The notes below the pieces were generated by a model that searched no databases, was not told the origin of the DNA, and saw only the letters and a program-made list of their open reading frames with translations. 64,000 nucleotides of DNA, from positions 36,414,048-36,478,047 of the forward strand of contig NC_083409.1 of NCBI RefSeq assembly GCF_020745735.1, given 5' to 3'. Positions within the stretch are counted from its first letter, which is position 1. Every line of letters begins with the position of its first letter. Shown piece by piece: positions 27,639 through 39,189 of this stretch. The DNA is from Hemiscyllium ocellatum. Taxonomy: Eukaryota. A program made the translations under genes and the position numbers.

Positions 27639-28717
27639 CACTTTATCCCAGTATCCATTGCATTCTAGGGTAGTAACGTCCACCAAATCATGACCCTTTG
27701 AGCGAAGTAATTTTTCTTCGTCTATGATTTGAATCTGCTGCCCTGTCATTAAGTTAATGACCTTTGGCATTCACAGATTATCACAATTCTACAAACCCAC
27801 CAGCAACCTGATGCCAGTCAATTCTCACTTTGCGCACACACCCCTGTCTCCTCTTGTACCTCCCCCACTGCTTGCAAAAGCACAGCGTAATCATGACCCA
27901 AAATGAGTTTGTCACTTCTTTTCTAAAAGCATAACAATTCCTTCCTCAGCCCTCTGTTGTAAAATAAATCTTTTCTCAATTCGTAATCAAAAATATAATA
28001 AAGTGAAAAGATATTAAGGTACTGTCAAGACTGAGACTTGATATGTTTTTGTTGGGTGTGGGCATTGTGGAATCTTGTCCAAAGACAATTTATTGAAGTT
28101 GAGGTGCAGCAGATTAGCCATGGTCAGATGATGAAGCAGATCCAAAGACTGAATGGCCTAATCCTGTTTCTATCTTCCTATCATGCTTTTCCTATTTTTG
28201 TTCTCATAAACACTGAATATGATGACCTTGTCGCACAGTGGACTGTCCCAGTCTCTGTACCAGGAAGTCTAGTTTCAAGTTCCTGTCCTGCATGTGTGTC
28301 ATTGCATGTCCAAACAGATTGATTTTAAAAAGATTTAATAGCTTAATATAATAGTCATAAGCATATAACTATAATTACCTGATGGAAATGGATACTATTA
28401 GGTCAATGGTGGGGAACTAACTGGGTGGATGGGTATTACTGTCCTTGACTTTTAAGAGACAGACATAGATAAAAGTTTAATTAATCTGCAGATAATATTA
28501 AGAGGAGGCCCAGATATTTATTGCTGGTTCTGTAAGAATCATGTTTTGCATCTTGGTTGTTCATCTTTTTAAAGTTTTTGAAGACAGTTCTTAGACACAA
28601 CATGGAAATATGTAGAGTTACTACATATAATGTTACAAACTCTGTTCAAAATTTGAAATATTCTAATTTATCTGTCACTTATTTCCTTTTGTGTTTATTG
28701 TGTGTTTTTCTTTTTAG

Positions 28718-28867
28718 GTGCACAGAGAAGTGATTCCAGCCCACACAGTCTATGCCTTGAATATTGAAAGGATACTAGCAAGACTTTGGCATCCTAGTCA
28801 TGAGGAGTTGGAGCAGGATAAGATTCACCGTCAGAGGCTAGCTATCAAAGAGGGACTTGTTTATTGA
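28718..28867 (+). CDS. tada1: Last coding exon of transcriptional adapter 1 (SAGA/STAGA subunit)
   Basis: Polypyrimidine tract + tttttag acceptor; phase-0 translation [49 protein letters not shown], which matches the vertebrate TADA1 C-terminus as I recall it; no upstream exon recognised in 1-28.7 kb. Confidence 0.92.
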   Translation: MHREVIPAHTVYALNIERILARLWHPSHEELEQDKIHRQRLAIKEGLVY

Positions 28868-29684
28868 CTGATTTGGGCCAAATGCTAGCGGTCAGAGCAT
28901 GTTTTGTCTCCACTGCAAGTTAATGCAATAATCATTGCATTAAGCCTGATTTCTCCTCAACCTTCATTCTATTATCTGTCAATGCTGAGCAGAGTCTGCA
29001 ATATTGAGAAGTTTGAAACAAACACACATCTGGCAGCATCTGAGAGATAGAAACAGGGTTAATGTTTTACGTCCAGTCTGACTCTTTCCTGCTGAGTTTC
29101 TCCAACATTTTCTGTTTGCTTCTGGTTTCCAGCATAGACAGTATTTTGCTTTTGTTATGATGAGGCGTCGCTTTGGCAATATGTCATGAAGTGTGTAAAT
29201 TGAAACAATTTTGTTAAAAATCATCATAATTCTCATAGAAATTGGTTTGTGCTTCATCAATTAAGGTATGCACATTGCAAACATCAAAAGCCAGTTTAAA
29301 TATCTTCCTGTTTCTAAGTGTACTGCCTTGAAGTTAGTGAGTGTGATATTCATGTACAGATATCCTGAAATATTTGCTACTACATCAGAAGTTATGATGC
29401 ATCTAAAATAAACTGGCTTGTGTTATTCCTCTGGTAAAGTACAGGATGGAATTACAAACAGAATCGTTTGTACTGAATATTCCACATCATTGTTTGAAGG
29501 CTTGCACAGTTTGTCCATTTTGTCTAGTACCTGACTACAGATGAAAACTTGGTAGTAAGTTTCAGATTCTTTTTTGTCATTGGTAGTTTTTCATAAACAC
29601 AACTGAATTTTAGATATCTCATTCAATAGAAATTAAAGATTGCCAAGACAGTATAATGACACTGTGAGAATTTTATTTTTGTAC

Positions 29685-29690
29685 AATAAA
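29685..29690 (+). promoter_or_regulatory. Candidate tada1 polyadenylation signal
   Basis: AATAAA about 820 nt after the stop, preceded by a TGTA motif, with GT/T-rich sequence further downstream. Confidence 0.5.
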
Positions 29691-32272
29691 TTGACAGCAT
29701 TTGATCAGTATTAAGGCTATTGCCTTCTCTTGGATACACTGGTGTGTTTTTTTAACTTTTGTAGTCTGTACAAAATCGCAACTATTCATTCATTAAAATG
29801 TAAATGTATCAAAACAAGACATCCTTAAGTGATGTTGTAAAACTTTCAAACTTTCTTCTTTGAATTTGAAGTGCATCACCATAAGAAGTAACTTATTTGA
29901 AAATGATTTGGTCTACAAAGCTTATCCAAGATACATGCAGTTTAGATCCAAGACACACACAGTTTAGATCCTTCAAATCTTTTTTGCTTTGAGTGCACTT
30001 CCTGATGATTTTGATGTTATAGTGAAGCATAAAGAGTCAATTACTAAATTAATTTTGGTTTGAAATTGCTTTCAGGCATTTTCTAAAATATAGCTGCTTC
30101 CATCCTGTTGATTCACTTCCTGGTGTAATAGCTTCAATTTTTAAAGTTGCTTTGAGTTACAGGTGAATGAATTATGCTCCCTTAGTCAAATGTATTTTGC
30201 TCTTTCTTAAACATCCTCTTATATACTGCACATTTTATTGATTCACAAATGTTGGAATGGTTGTCTATTATTTAGCAAATGCTTTAATATTTGGTATTAA
30301 CCTTTGGACTGACATTTATTAGTTATTCTAATACAACTTGTCAGGTTATAGCACTGAGAAGAACATTTTGATTTTTGCCAAGTTCATTGAGACCATTCTT
30401 TTCTTTTGATTATGCCATTCTTGGATCTTCAATCTTGACAAACTTGTTGGACTCTTTTCCCCTTCTGTTGGGTACTTGGACACTCCTGATCTCAAACCTA
30501 ATGTGAGAGTACGCTTCAGCTTTCCTCATCTCATGAATTATTCTTACCTTAAAACCTCCCTAGGTGAGTCCATAGTTACCACTTTTGTCTTCTCCAAAGG
30601 GCCCATCAAAGCACCAGTCTCTCCGTATCTCCTCCTGGAAAGCTTTTCAGCCACAAGCAAGGCATTTGCTATCCATGAACCCACTTTGGATGCTTGCATT
30701 TTATATTCCGACTTTGACTTCATGTTCTCTACTATTTTCCAACCCCACTTGCTTCTTTGTTAATTCTGAAAAATGTGGAGCATCGAGTGACCATGAAAAG
30801 GTGCTTCCTTAACAAGAAGGTAAAATTGGGCATCTGCTGCATTTGGCAATTTGGTGCAGAGAAGGGAATTTTAAAAAAAAAATACTTGCATAGACTTTGG
30901 GCATTTATTGCCCATCTCTCATTTCCTTCAACTATTAGGCAATTTTAGTGACAACCACATTGCTGAGTGTCTGGTTTCATGTGTAGGCCAGACCATCTAG
31001 GGACAATCGTGAGCATTATGGGTTTTTAAGGCAATTGATGACAATTGTCACGGTCATCATTAGTGCAACTAGTTTTATATTCAAGATTTATTAATTAATT
31101 AAGTTTTATCAACTGCCAGGATAAGCATTAGTTTGAGCCTCTGAACACTATTCCAGTGACATTACTGTAGGCCATAATTTAATCCGTAGATGCTGCTTTT
31201 AATAGCTTATTTTACCTCATGGGTATTCTCACTTGTCTTTAAGCTGGGAATGTCTCTAAACAAGGAGACAGGCTATTTGGTATTGTGCGATAATTTCAGA
31301 ATCTGGAATTCTCCATCTGAGAAAGCTTTGAATCCTTAGTTGGTGAGTATCTTCAAATTAGAGGTTGTTAGATTTTTAGGTATGAGAATATTGAGGGAGA
31401 CAGGCATATGCAGAAAGGTGGAATTGAGGTGGAAAATGAGAAATCAATGTGTTGCTGTGAAGCAGTCTTAAAAGGCCAAATGGTCTACTCCAGCTCCTAT
31501 TTCTTATGAGAAAAATTCTTTCCACCAATCACCTGCAGTTACATTTTCTAAATTATGTTAGAAGGATATTTTATGACCAACCCATCCTCCAAACTATATA
31601 AAAAATTGAGAATGTCAAATTACTTTTCTGAACTTGGAATGATGATTCACAGTTTGTGCACAAAATGTTTGGTGTGTCCCTTTCAGTAAACTTTTTTACG
31701 TCCTTTGAATTCATGCCAAGTATAACAAAATGCCTCGTGAGAGGTCAACTCAGATGCAAATTTTCTCCGTGTGGGACCATGTGGAAGAAGTTCAAGAGAA
31801 GATGATTCTTGCATTCTACATCTCTCAGCAGTACCGTCTGAAAAGGCAGTGGCAGTAAATTCACAAATAACTTTCAAAAGGAAGATGATCAATTGAAACG
31901 TTTACAATGCTTTGGCCCAGGAGTGGGGGAGTAGCTTTCTTGCAGCATTCTTTGTGCTCAGTGACCACCTGTTATATTTTCTGTCACTTTCCTTTGACAC
32001 TGCATGTTGTGTTCTCGCTATCTCTAGTACTGTACTCTTGAGAGTGTATTGCACCCTGTAACCAAGCATAACTAATTTGACCACAACTTTTGGATGACAT
32101 TAGCAACAGATTAATCTTTTTGGAATTGCATATTATTCTTTTGGATATTATACAACTTGAGAAAATCTTTTTGCCATCGAGTCTAAATTATCAAACAAAA
32201 CATTGTCAGAATCATCGAATGAAAATAAGGTTGTTACAGCAAACGATTCTCTAAATACCCTTTTATAAATGT

Positions 32273-32358
32273 TCAAATCGCGTTGAGTACCTTCTTTAGA
32301 TTGAGAGGTTTGTTATTTGATTGAAATGAAAGGCATCTGAACTGCAACTTGCTTAAGG
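32273..32358 (-). CDS. Candidate terminal coding exon of an unidentified minus-strand gene
   Basis: ctctttccctattcag acceptor; phase-1 frame (S)LSKLQFRCLSFQSNNKPLNLKKVLNAI* joins in frame to the 45240 donor. Confidence 0.5.
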
Positions 32359-33007
32359 CTGAATAGGGAAAGAGTTCAGAGTTACTACATAGCTGTAATT
32401 AATTTCTCTTTAACTTGTCTCAGCTGTTTGGATCACATCACATGTGTGTGTGTAATCTGTCTTCAGAGTTAAAAGTTAGACTCTCAGCGGTGATGTAACC
32501 ACTGTTGGGTTATCACTAAACAAAAATCTGCTTTGTTAATGCCCTTTGAGAGAAATTTGCCATCCATACCTGGACTGGCCTGCGTGTGACTCAGAAACCC
32601 TTCAGACATGAGTTTGACTATTGGCTGTTGTCTGAGCAATTCAAGATTGGACTTGCCAGCAAAACTCTCATTCCATGAGCAAATTAAAAGGAAAATTGTC
32701 TGTCTGGCGAGAGGGAGAGCTGTGTTTTGCATGGGGTGGGGCCTTAAAAGGGAGATGAGTGGACCAATAAGCCTTTCAAACCTGTTCCACCATTCATTAT
32801 GATCATCACTAATCATCCAACTCAATAACCTGCTTCTGTTTTATGCCCCATATCCTTTGATTCCTTTAGGTCCGGATGCTATATTAAACTTGAAACTGTA
32901 CAATGTTTTTGGCGTATACATTGTATAAGTGTTCTTCTTCCTCTTTTTGCAGTTCGGGTGTGCTGTGGTCCTTTTGAACAGTGTCTTGATGCAACTTTGT
33001 TTTTCAA

Positions 33008-33190
33008 GGACAAGCCAAACCGAGAACAGCTGGAACTGACAACTGGAAGTGGCAGGTACAAATCATTAAGTGCCAAAGGAAATATCACAGAAGCACTTCA
33101 CAGAAGGCTCCCAAGCACTGAGGATGTCACCTAGACAGGAGATGAAGCGTCTGCAACACAAATTCCCAGCTCGGCGAACAGAACCACAAC
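33008..33190 (+). mobile_element. Penelope family B terminal fragment
   Basis: Direct similarity to 25775-26053, including a degenerate hammerhead. Confidence 0.8.
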
Positions 33191-33192
33191 AA

Positions 33193-36100
33193 GGTCAATG
33201 AATTAACGGCCTAAATCATCATGAATGAATATGATTTAGTAGACATTACAGGATGGCCATGACTGGGAGTTAAATACCCAGAGGTATCAGACTATTTGGA
33301 AGGACAGACAGGAAGGTAAGGGAGGTGGTGTAGCTCTGATATTCAAGGATGTCATCAGGATGGTGCTGAAAGGTGTTATAGGTTCTGTGGAGAATAAGGT
33401 TGAATTCATTTGGGTAGAAATTAAGAAATTCTAAGAAGAAAATGTCGCTGATGGGTGTAGTCTATAGGCCACCAAATAACATCACATGGGATGGGGGATT
33501 TTAATCTACACGTCGATTGGTCGAACCAGCTCAGTCAGGGTAGCCTTGTGGAGGAGTTTTGAGTGTATTCATGAAGGTTTTTTGAACAGTGTGTAATGGA
33601 ATCAATGAAGGAGCAAACTATCCTAGATCTGGTCCTGTGTAATGAGACAGGAATAATTAATGACCCCATAGTTAGGGATCCTCTGGGAAGGAGTGATCAC
33701 AGTATGGTTGAATTTAGAATACAAATGGAAAGTGAGAAGATAAAATCCAATACCAGGGTCCTGTGCTTAAATAAGGGAGACTAGAGTAGAATGAAGGAGG
33801 ACTTGGCTAAAGTAGGCTGGAAACAAAGATTTTATGGTGGGACGGTTGATGAACAGCGGAGGGCTTTCAAAGCAATTTTTCAAAGTGCTCAACTAAAAGT
33901 ATATTCCACTGAAGAGCAAGGACTGTAAGAAAAGGGGTAATCTGCCGTGGGTGTCCAAGGAAATAAGGGAGGCTATTGCAATTGAAAGAGAAGGCATGCA
34001 AAATGGTCAAGAACAGCAGGAAATCAGAAGATTAGAAAAACTTTAAACGTCAACAGAAAGCCATAAAAAGAGCTATAAAGAAAAGTAAGTTAGAACATGA
34101 GAAAAAGCTAGCACAGAATATAAAGACAGATAGCAACAGTCTCTATTTATATATAAAATTAAAAAGAATGGCTATAGTAAACCTTGGTCCTTTAGAGAGT
34201 GAGATGGGGCATTTAGTTATGGGATATGATGAAATGGCTGAGGCATTGAATAGGTGTTTTGTATCGGTCTTCACAGTGGAGGATACTAATAAAATGCCTG
34301 TTATTGACAAAGAGACGAAGGTAGGTGAGGATCTGGAAACAATCATTATCACAGAAGAGGTAGTGTTGGGTGAGCAAAGGATAGGCAAGTCTCCTTGCCC
34401 TGATGGAATGTATTCCAGGGTACTAAAAGCAATGGCAGGAGAAAAAGCAAGTGCACTTGTGGTAATTTTCCAAGATTTGCTGGACTCTGGGGCAGTTCCA
34501 GCAGATTAGAAAACAGAAATGTGATGTCATTGTTTAAAACGGGAGTTAGACAAAAGATGTGGAATTGTAGACCAGTTTGCTTAACCTCTGTAATGGGGAA
34601 GATGCTGGAGTCTTTTATCAAAGAAGAAATAGTAAGGCATCTAAGTATAAATAGTCTCGTTGGGCAGACACAGCAAAGGTTCATGCGTCACAAATCTTTT
34701 GGCATTTTATGAGGATATTGCAAACAAGGTGGACAACGGAGACCCAGTAAATGTAGTGAACCTAGATTTCCAAAAGGCCTTCAAGTTGCTGCACAAGAAG
34801 ATAAAGATGCACGGCATTATGGGTAAAATATTAGAAAGGTGAGAGGACTGGTTGACTAACAGGAAGCAAGAAGTATCATAGAATCCCTACAGTGTGGAAA
34901 CAGGCTCTTTGACTCAACAAGTCCACACTGACCCTTCGAAGAGTAACCCATCCAGACCCATTCCCCTACCATACATTTACTCCTAACAAATGCACGTAAC
35001 CTACACATCCCTGAACACTGTGGTCAATTTAGCACAGCCAATTCACCTAAGCTGCACATCTTTGGATAGTGAGAGGAAACCCACACAGACATGGGAGAAC
35101 GTGCAACTCCACATAGACAGTTGCCCGGGGCAGGAATTGAACCCAGGTCCCTGACGCTGTGAGGCAGCTGTGCTAACACTGAGACACCGTGCTGCCCAGA
35201 GTGAGGATAAATGGCTGCTATTCTGGTTGGCAATCAGAAACTAGTGGTGTGCTTCAGGGATCAGTGTTGGGATTGCAATTATTCACAATTTATATCGATG
35301 ATGTGGAGTTGGCTATGTGTAGTGTGTCAAAGTTTGCAGATGACACTAAGACGAGTGGCAGAGCAAAAGACTGAAACTTGGCAGAGGAACATAGATACTT
35401 TTAAGTGAGTAGGCAAAGGTCTGGCAGATGGAATACAATGTTAATAAATGTGAAGTAATCCATTTTGGTAGAAGTAACAGTAAAAGGGATTATTACTTAA
35501 ATGGTAAAAAGTTGCAGCATACTGCTATGTAGAGGGACCTGGGTGTCCTTGTGTGTGAATTGCAGAAGTTTGGTCTGCAGATACAAGTAATTTGGAAGGC
35601 AAATGGAATTTTGACCATCATTGCTAAAGGGATTGAGTTTAAAAACAGGAAGGTTATGTTGCAGCTTTACAGTGTGCTGGTGAGGCCACACCTGGAGCAC
35701 TGTGTGCAGTTTTGGTGTCCCTTATTTGAGAAAGGATGTACTGGCACTGGAGAGGGTGTAGAGGAGGTTCACTGGGTTGATTCCAGAGATGAGGGGTTGG
35801 TTTATGAGGACATACCGAGTAGACTGGGATTATGTTCATTAGGATTCAGAAGAATGAGGAGGGATCTTACAGAAACATGTAAAATTATGAAGGGAATAGA
35901 TAAGATTGAAGTAGAGGATGTTTCCACTGGCGGGTGAAACTAGGACAACAGGGCATAGCTTCAAAATTAGGGGAAACAGATTTTGGACTGAATTGAGAAG
36001 GAACATTTTCACCCAGAGGGTTGTAAATCTATGGAATTCCTTGCTCAGTGAAGTAGTTGACGTTATTTCAGTAAACTTTCTTAAAGCTAAGATAGATATT

Positions 36101-36250
36101 TTTGAACAATAAAGGAATTAAAGGCTTTGGTGAGAGTGCAGGTAGGTGGATCTGAAGCCATGAAAAGATCAGCCATGATCTTAGTGAATGGCAGAGCAGG
36201 CTCGAAGGGCCAGACAACATACCCCTGCTCCTAGTTCTTATGTTTTATTA
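33193..36250 (+). mobile_element. CR1 LINE, near full-length ORF2 (APE endonuclease + RT), decayed
   Basis: ILDLVLCNE..PLGRSDH (EN); CRPVCLTSVMGK; LDFQKAF; GVLQGSVLG; KFADDTK; LVRPHLEHCVQFW; 3' tail. Confidence 0.92.
34876..35197 (-). mobile_element. HE1-like V-SINE inserted in the CR1 RT region
   Basis: tRNA head, V-core and CR1-like tail; the CR1 sequence resumes on both sides. Confidence 0.9.
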
Positions 36251-36591
36251 ATCAGGTGAAAAGTGAGGACTGCAGGTGCTGGGGAGTCAGAGTCGAGAGT
36301 GTGGCGCTGGAAAAGCATTGCAGATCAGGCAGCATCCGAGGTGCAGGAGAATCGGCATTCTGGGCATAAGCCTTTCATCAGGAATGCTCATTCATGCCTC
36401 ACAAATTTTGTAGGTAAAAGGCTTGTGTTCATATGGAAAAAAAGCATGCAGACAAATGTTATTATTCCATATTGGGTTGAGCGGAAGAAAAAAGCTAGCT
36501 TTAAAGCAACTTGTATTCATTTGGTATGTTTCACATAAGAAACCCGTGGTACCTTGCGGGAGATCAATGAAATGCAATTTGGGATAGCCAC

Positions 36592-37252
36592 TGTCGTGGA
36601 GAAAATATGGAGAATCACCAAGATTCGCAGAGAGTTCTTCAAGAAGTAGGTCTTTGCAAACAAAAAACCGTGACACTGAGAAAGCAGATCTTCAAATGCC
36701 CCCAAACCTCAGGGTCCATGGATTTTTATATCTTTTTTTTCATATTTCTGTTAGCTTATCAGCATGTCCAACTGTATTAATCAAAGTACCTCACTCTAGC
36801 TACACAATAAACAAGTTATGATATTTCCCATTATCTCTTTAGAATAACATTAAGTAGAATGTATAACTAATGTTACAGTTAGATATTTATTAACACCTCT
36901 GCTACAGTGATCTTCCATTCCAGACTAACCTGTCATGATAGATATTTAGCTATTCCATCGATTACAATAGTCTCCTGTCTCAAGCTGACTCTTCTTTTAA
37001 TTAGATATTTTAATGTCATGTCCCAAATATTTATGGTCCCAATCCTGTCATAATGACACTTAACAGGGAAATTAGCTCTATTAACTGTTATCTCCTCTCA
37101 CCATAGTGATCTTTCAGCCTTAACCTTACTTTGCTAATTGGCCTAAGAGCATTCCACTATTGTTATCCCATCTTGCCTTCCACAGATCACAGATTGCCAG
37201 TGATCTTCATGCTTTAACCCTCCCCATGCTTTCATGCTCTTTATTTTCCATA
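36592..37252 (-). repeat. ERV 3' LTR (661 bp)
   Basis: Direct repeat of 44024-44686; ends CA on the minus strand; TATAAAA at about 36724-36730; follows the PPT. Confidence 0.95.
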
Positions 37253-37265
37253 TTCCCCCCTTTTT
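37253..37265 (-). promoter_or_regulatory. Polypurine tract
   Basis: AAAAAGGGGGGAA directly upstream of the 3' LTR. Confidence 0.9.
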
Positions 37266-37549
37266 AAGATCTACCGGACTCACCTAGAGAAAGAAGTCAA
37301 TAAGCTCAGCCCCTTCCGTGCCCAGTACAAACAATGTAGGTCCCAACACTGACTAAATAATTTTCAGAGTCTTAGACCTAAAGGTTTCTTCCTCCATTCC
37401 TGGGGTCCCTTGGGCCAAAAGCCTGTTCTCCAATAACCAGGACAGGGTAAAAGACCCAAGATCATTCACAATCTAGGACCCACGCATTCTTCAGAAGTAT
37501 CATTGACGTCCCCACATGGACATATTCCTTGCACTGTGGCGGTTGTCAG

Positions 37550-39080
37550 ATCATCTTGGCAAGCGGTGGGGTTCCGTCAGAGGAGTAAGCACTTCTTAGG
37601 GTAGCTGAAATGGCCACAAGTTGCCGTGTAGTGATGCAAACTAAAAAGGACTTAATAAAAGGTAAAGCGCAACAAAAGACGAAGGTGACAACAAGTAAAA
37701 CCACACCTATAATAAGACCAATCTTGACAAACCATGCTCCCCAAGTCCCTAATATTATTCAAGCAAAAGCCTGATGACCAAGCCCGCACTGTCTTTTAAC
37801 TCCTGTCTTAGATTCTTTCGTTTTTCCATTGCTTCAGTAAAAGTTTCCTCAGGGCTAGTGTTGTTAGGTATAAAGGTACAGCAATGCTCTCCCAAACATC
37901 TCACAAACCCTGCCTTTTTCTGCCAGTATCCAATCTAAAGCCTGTCTGTTTTGCCATGTCATTTTGGTAGTAGCATCCAATTGTTCTCCCAAGGCCACGA
38001 GGGCATCATCAGTATAATTGATAAATCTCTGCTGGTTGTAATAAATGTAAATAATCCATTCAGCATTCTTACTAAGCCCTATCACTGGGATGGAGCCTCC
38101 CAGCCCGCGGCAATCTCATAGCGGGCCTTAAACTCATTAGGAATAGTCTCTTGGCTGTCTTATGCTATCAATCTGAATTGTTGGATCAGGGATTTAGCAT
38201 TGCTTAGTTCAGTGCAAAGCTGACTGTGACGTAGCATCAAGTTACACGTGTGCCGCTGTAACTACCTCATGTAGGAGCATTACGCGGGCACAGCTGCCAC
38301 TCTTTTCTTACCACACAGCCACCAGGTATCTGCTAGTGGGACGCATTGAGAATTTAAAACAGCCCCAGATGTGGTGTCCACCTTGAGTTCAATCGTATTC
38401 CTGTAAAGACCCTTAAAATAGCCGACTGGTGTGGAGCCATTTCGCTTAAAGCATTCAAAACTCAACCCTTCCCGTATCCTGAAAGCAGCCATGGGGAATG
38501 TGTAATAAGTCTTACAGCTGGACCATGGGGTACTATAGCCACAGCACCATTGGAGTTACTGCCTGCCCACATCATCCTGCTGATAGAACATAAAGGCCTG
38601 AAGTAGGAGGCACTAAAAAGGGCAATGGGATTGCATGCAAGTTGATGCATCATCCACGTTAACAGGTCAGCTAGAGTGCTGCAAACGCCATTGAGTACAC
38701 GTGATCGAGTTATAAGGCATAAGGACAACAGAGTATGAGGGGGTTGCCTTAGTACACAAGAAACAGTCCTGTCTAGCCATCATTACAGCCGTGTAGTTTG
38801 CCCATTGATCCCAGTGATTGTCACAGGCGCAAACCCATGTTAGGGCAGCAAGGTCTGCACTCCTAAAATGTCTTTGCCTCCCAGCCTGAGTGACCCTGGC
38901 ATTACCAGTCCCGTCTGCCAGGTTAATTTTCTCCAAGTCTGAGTATGCAGGCCTGGCATTAGATGGGGGGGTATCAGGGCATTCTCCATGTCTTCCCCAT
39001 CCCCACTCCCAGGAGAACTATGCTCCACAGCTCCATCACAATCATTTCTGGAATGATCAGTATCCCCAAGAACTTCACAT
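37550..39080 (-). pseudogene. env: ERV env (gamma-type, frameshifted)
   Basis: SU CxxC (QDCFLC, ORF 38667-38936); ADTWWLCG; TM heptad and ISD QNRQALDWILAEKGRVC; CX6CC (C-EMFGEH-CC) across a frameshift; TM anchor WFVKIGLIIGVVLLVVTFVFCC. Confidence 0.9.
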
Positions 39081-39189
39081 CTACCTTGTGCGGAACCTTG
39101 CTGAGGGGTACCAACCTTTTTTTGGCCTGCCCATGTCCAGGTTCCTCAGCCTCAGCTCCAGTTACCTCAGTGTTAGAGTTAGTTTGTGC

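Noticed and set aside
31683-32084. Two minus-strand ORFs in unique sequence
   Set aside because: They lie after the stop of the candidate terminal exon, with no motifs or clear splice sites; likely 3' UTR
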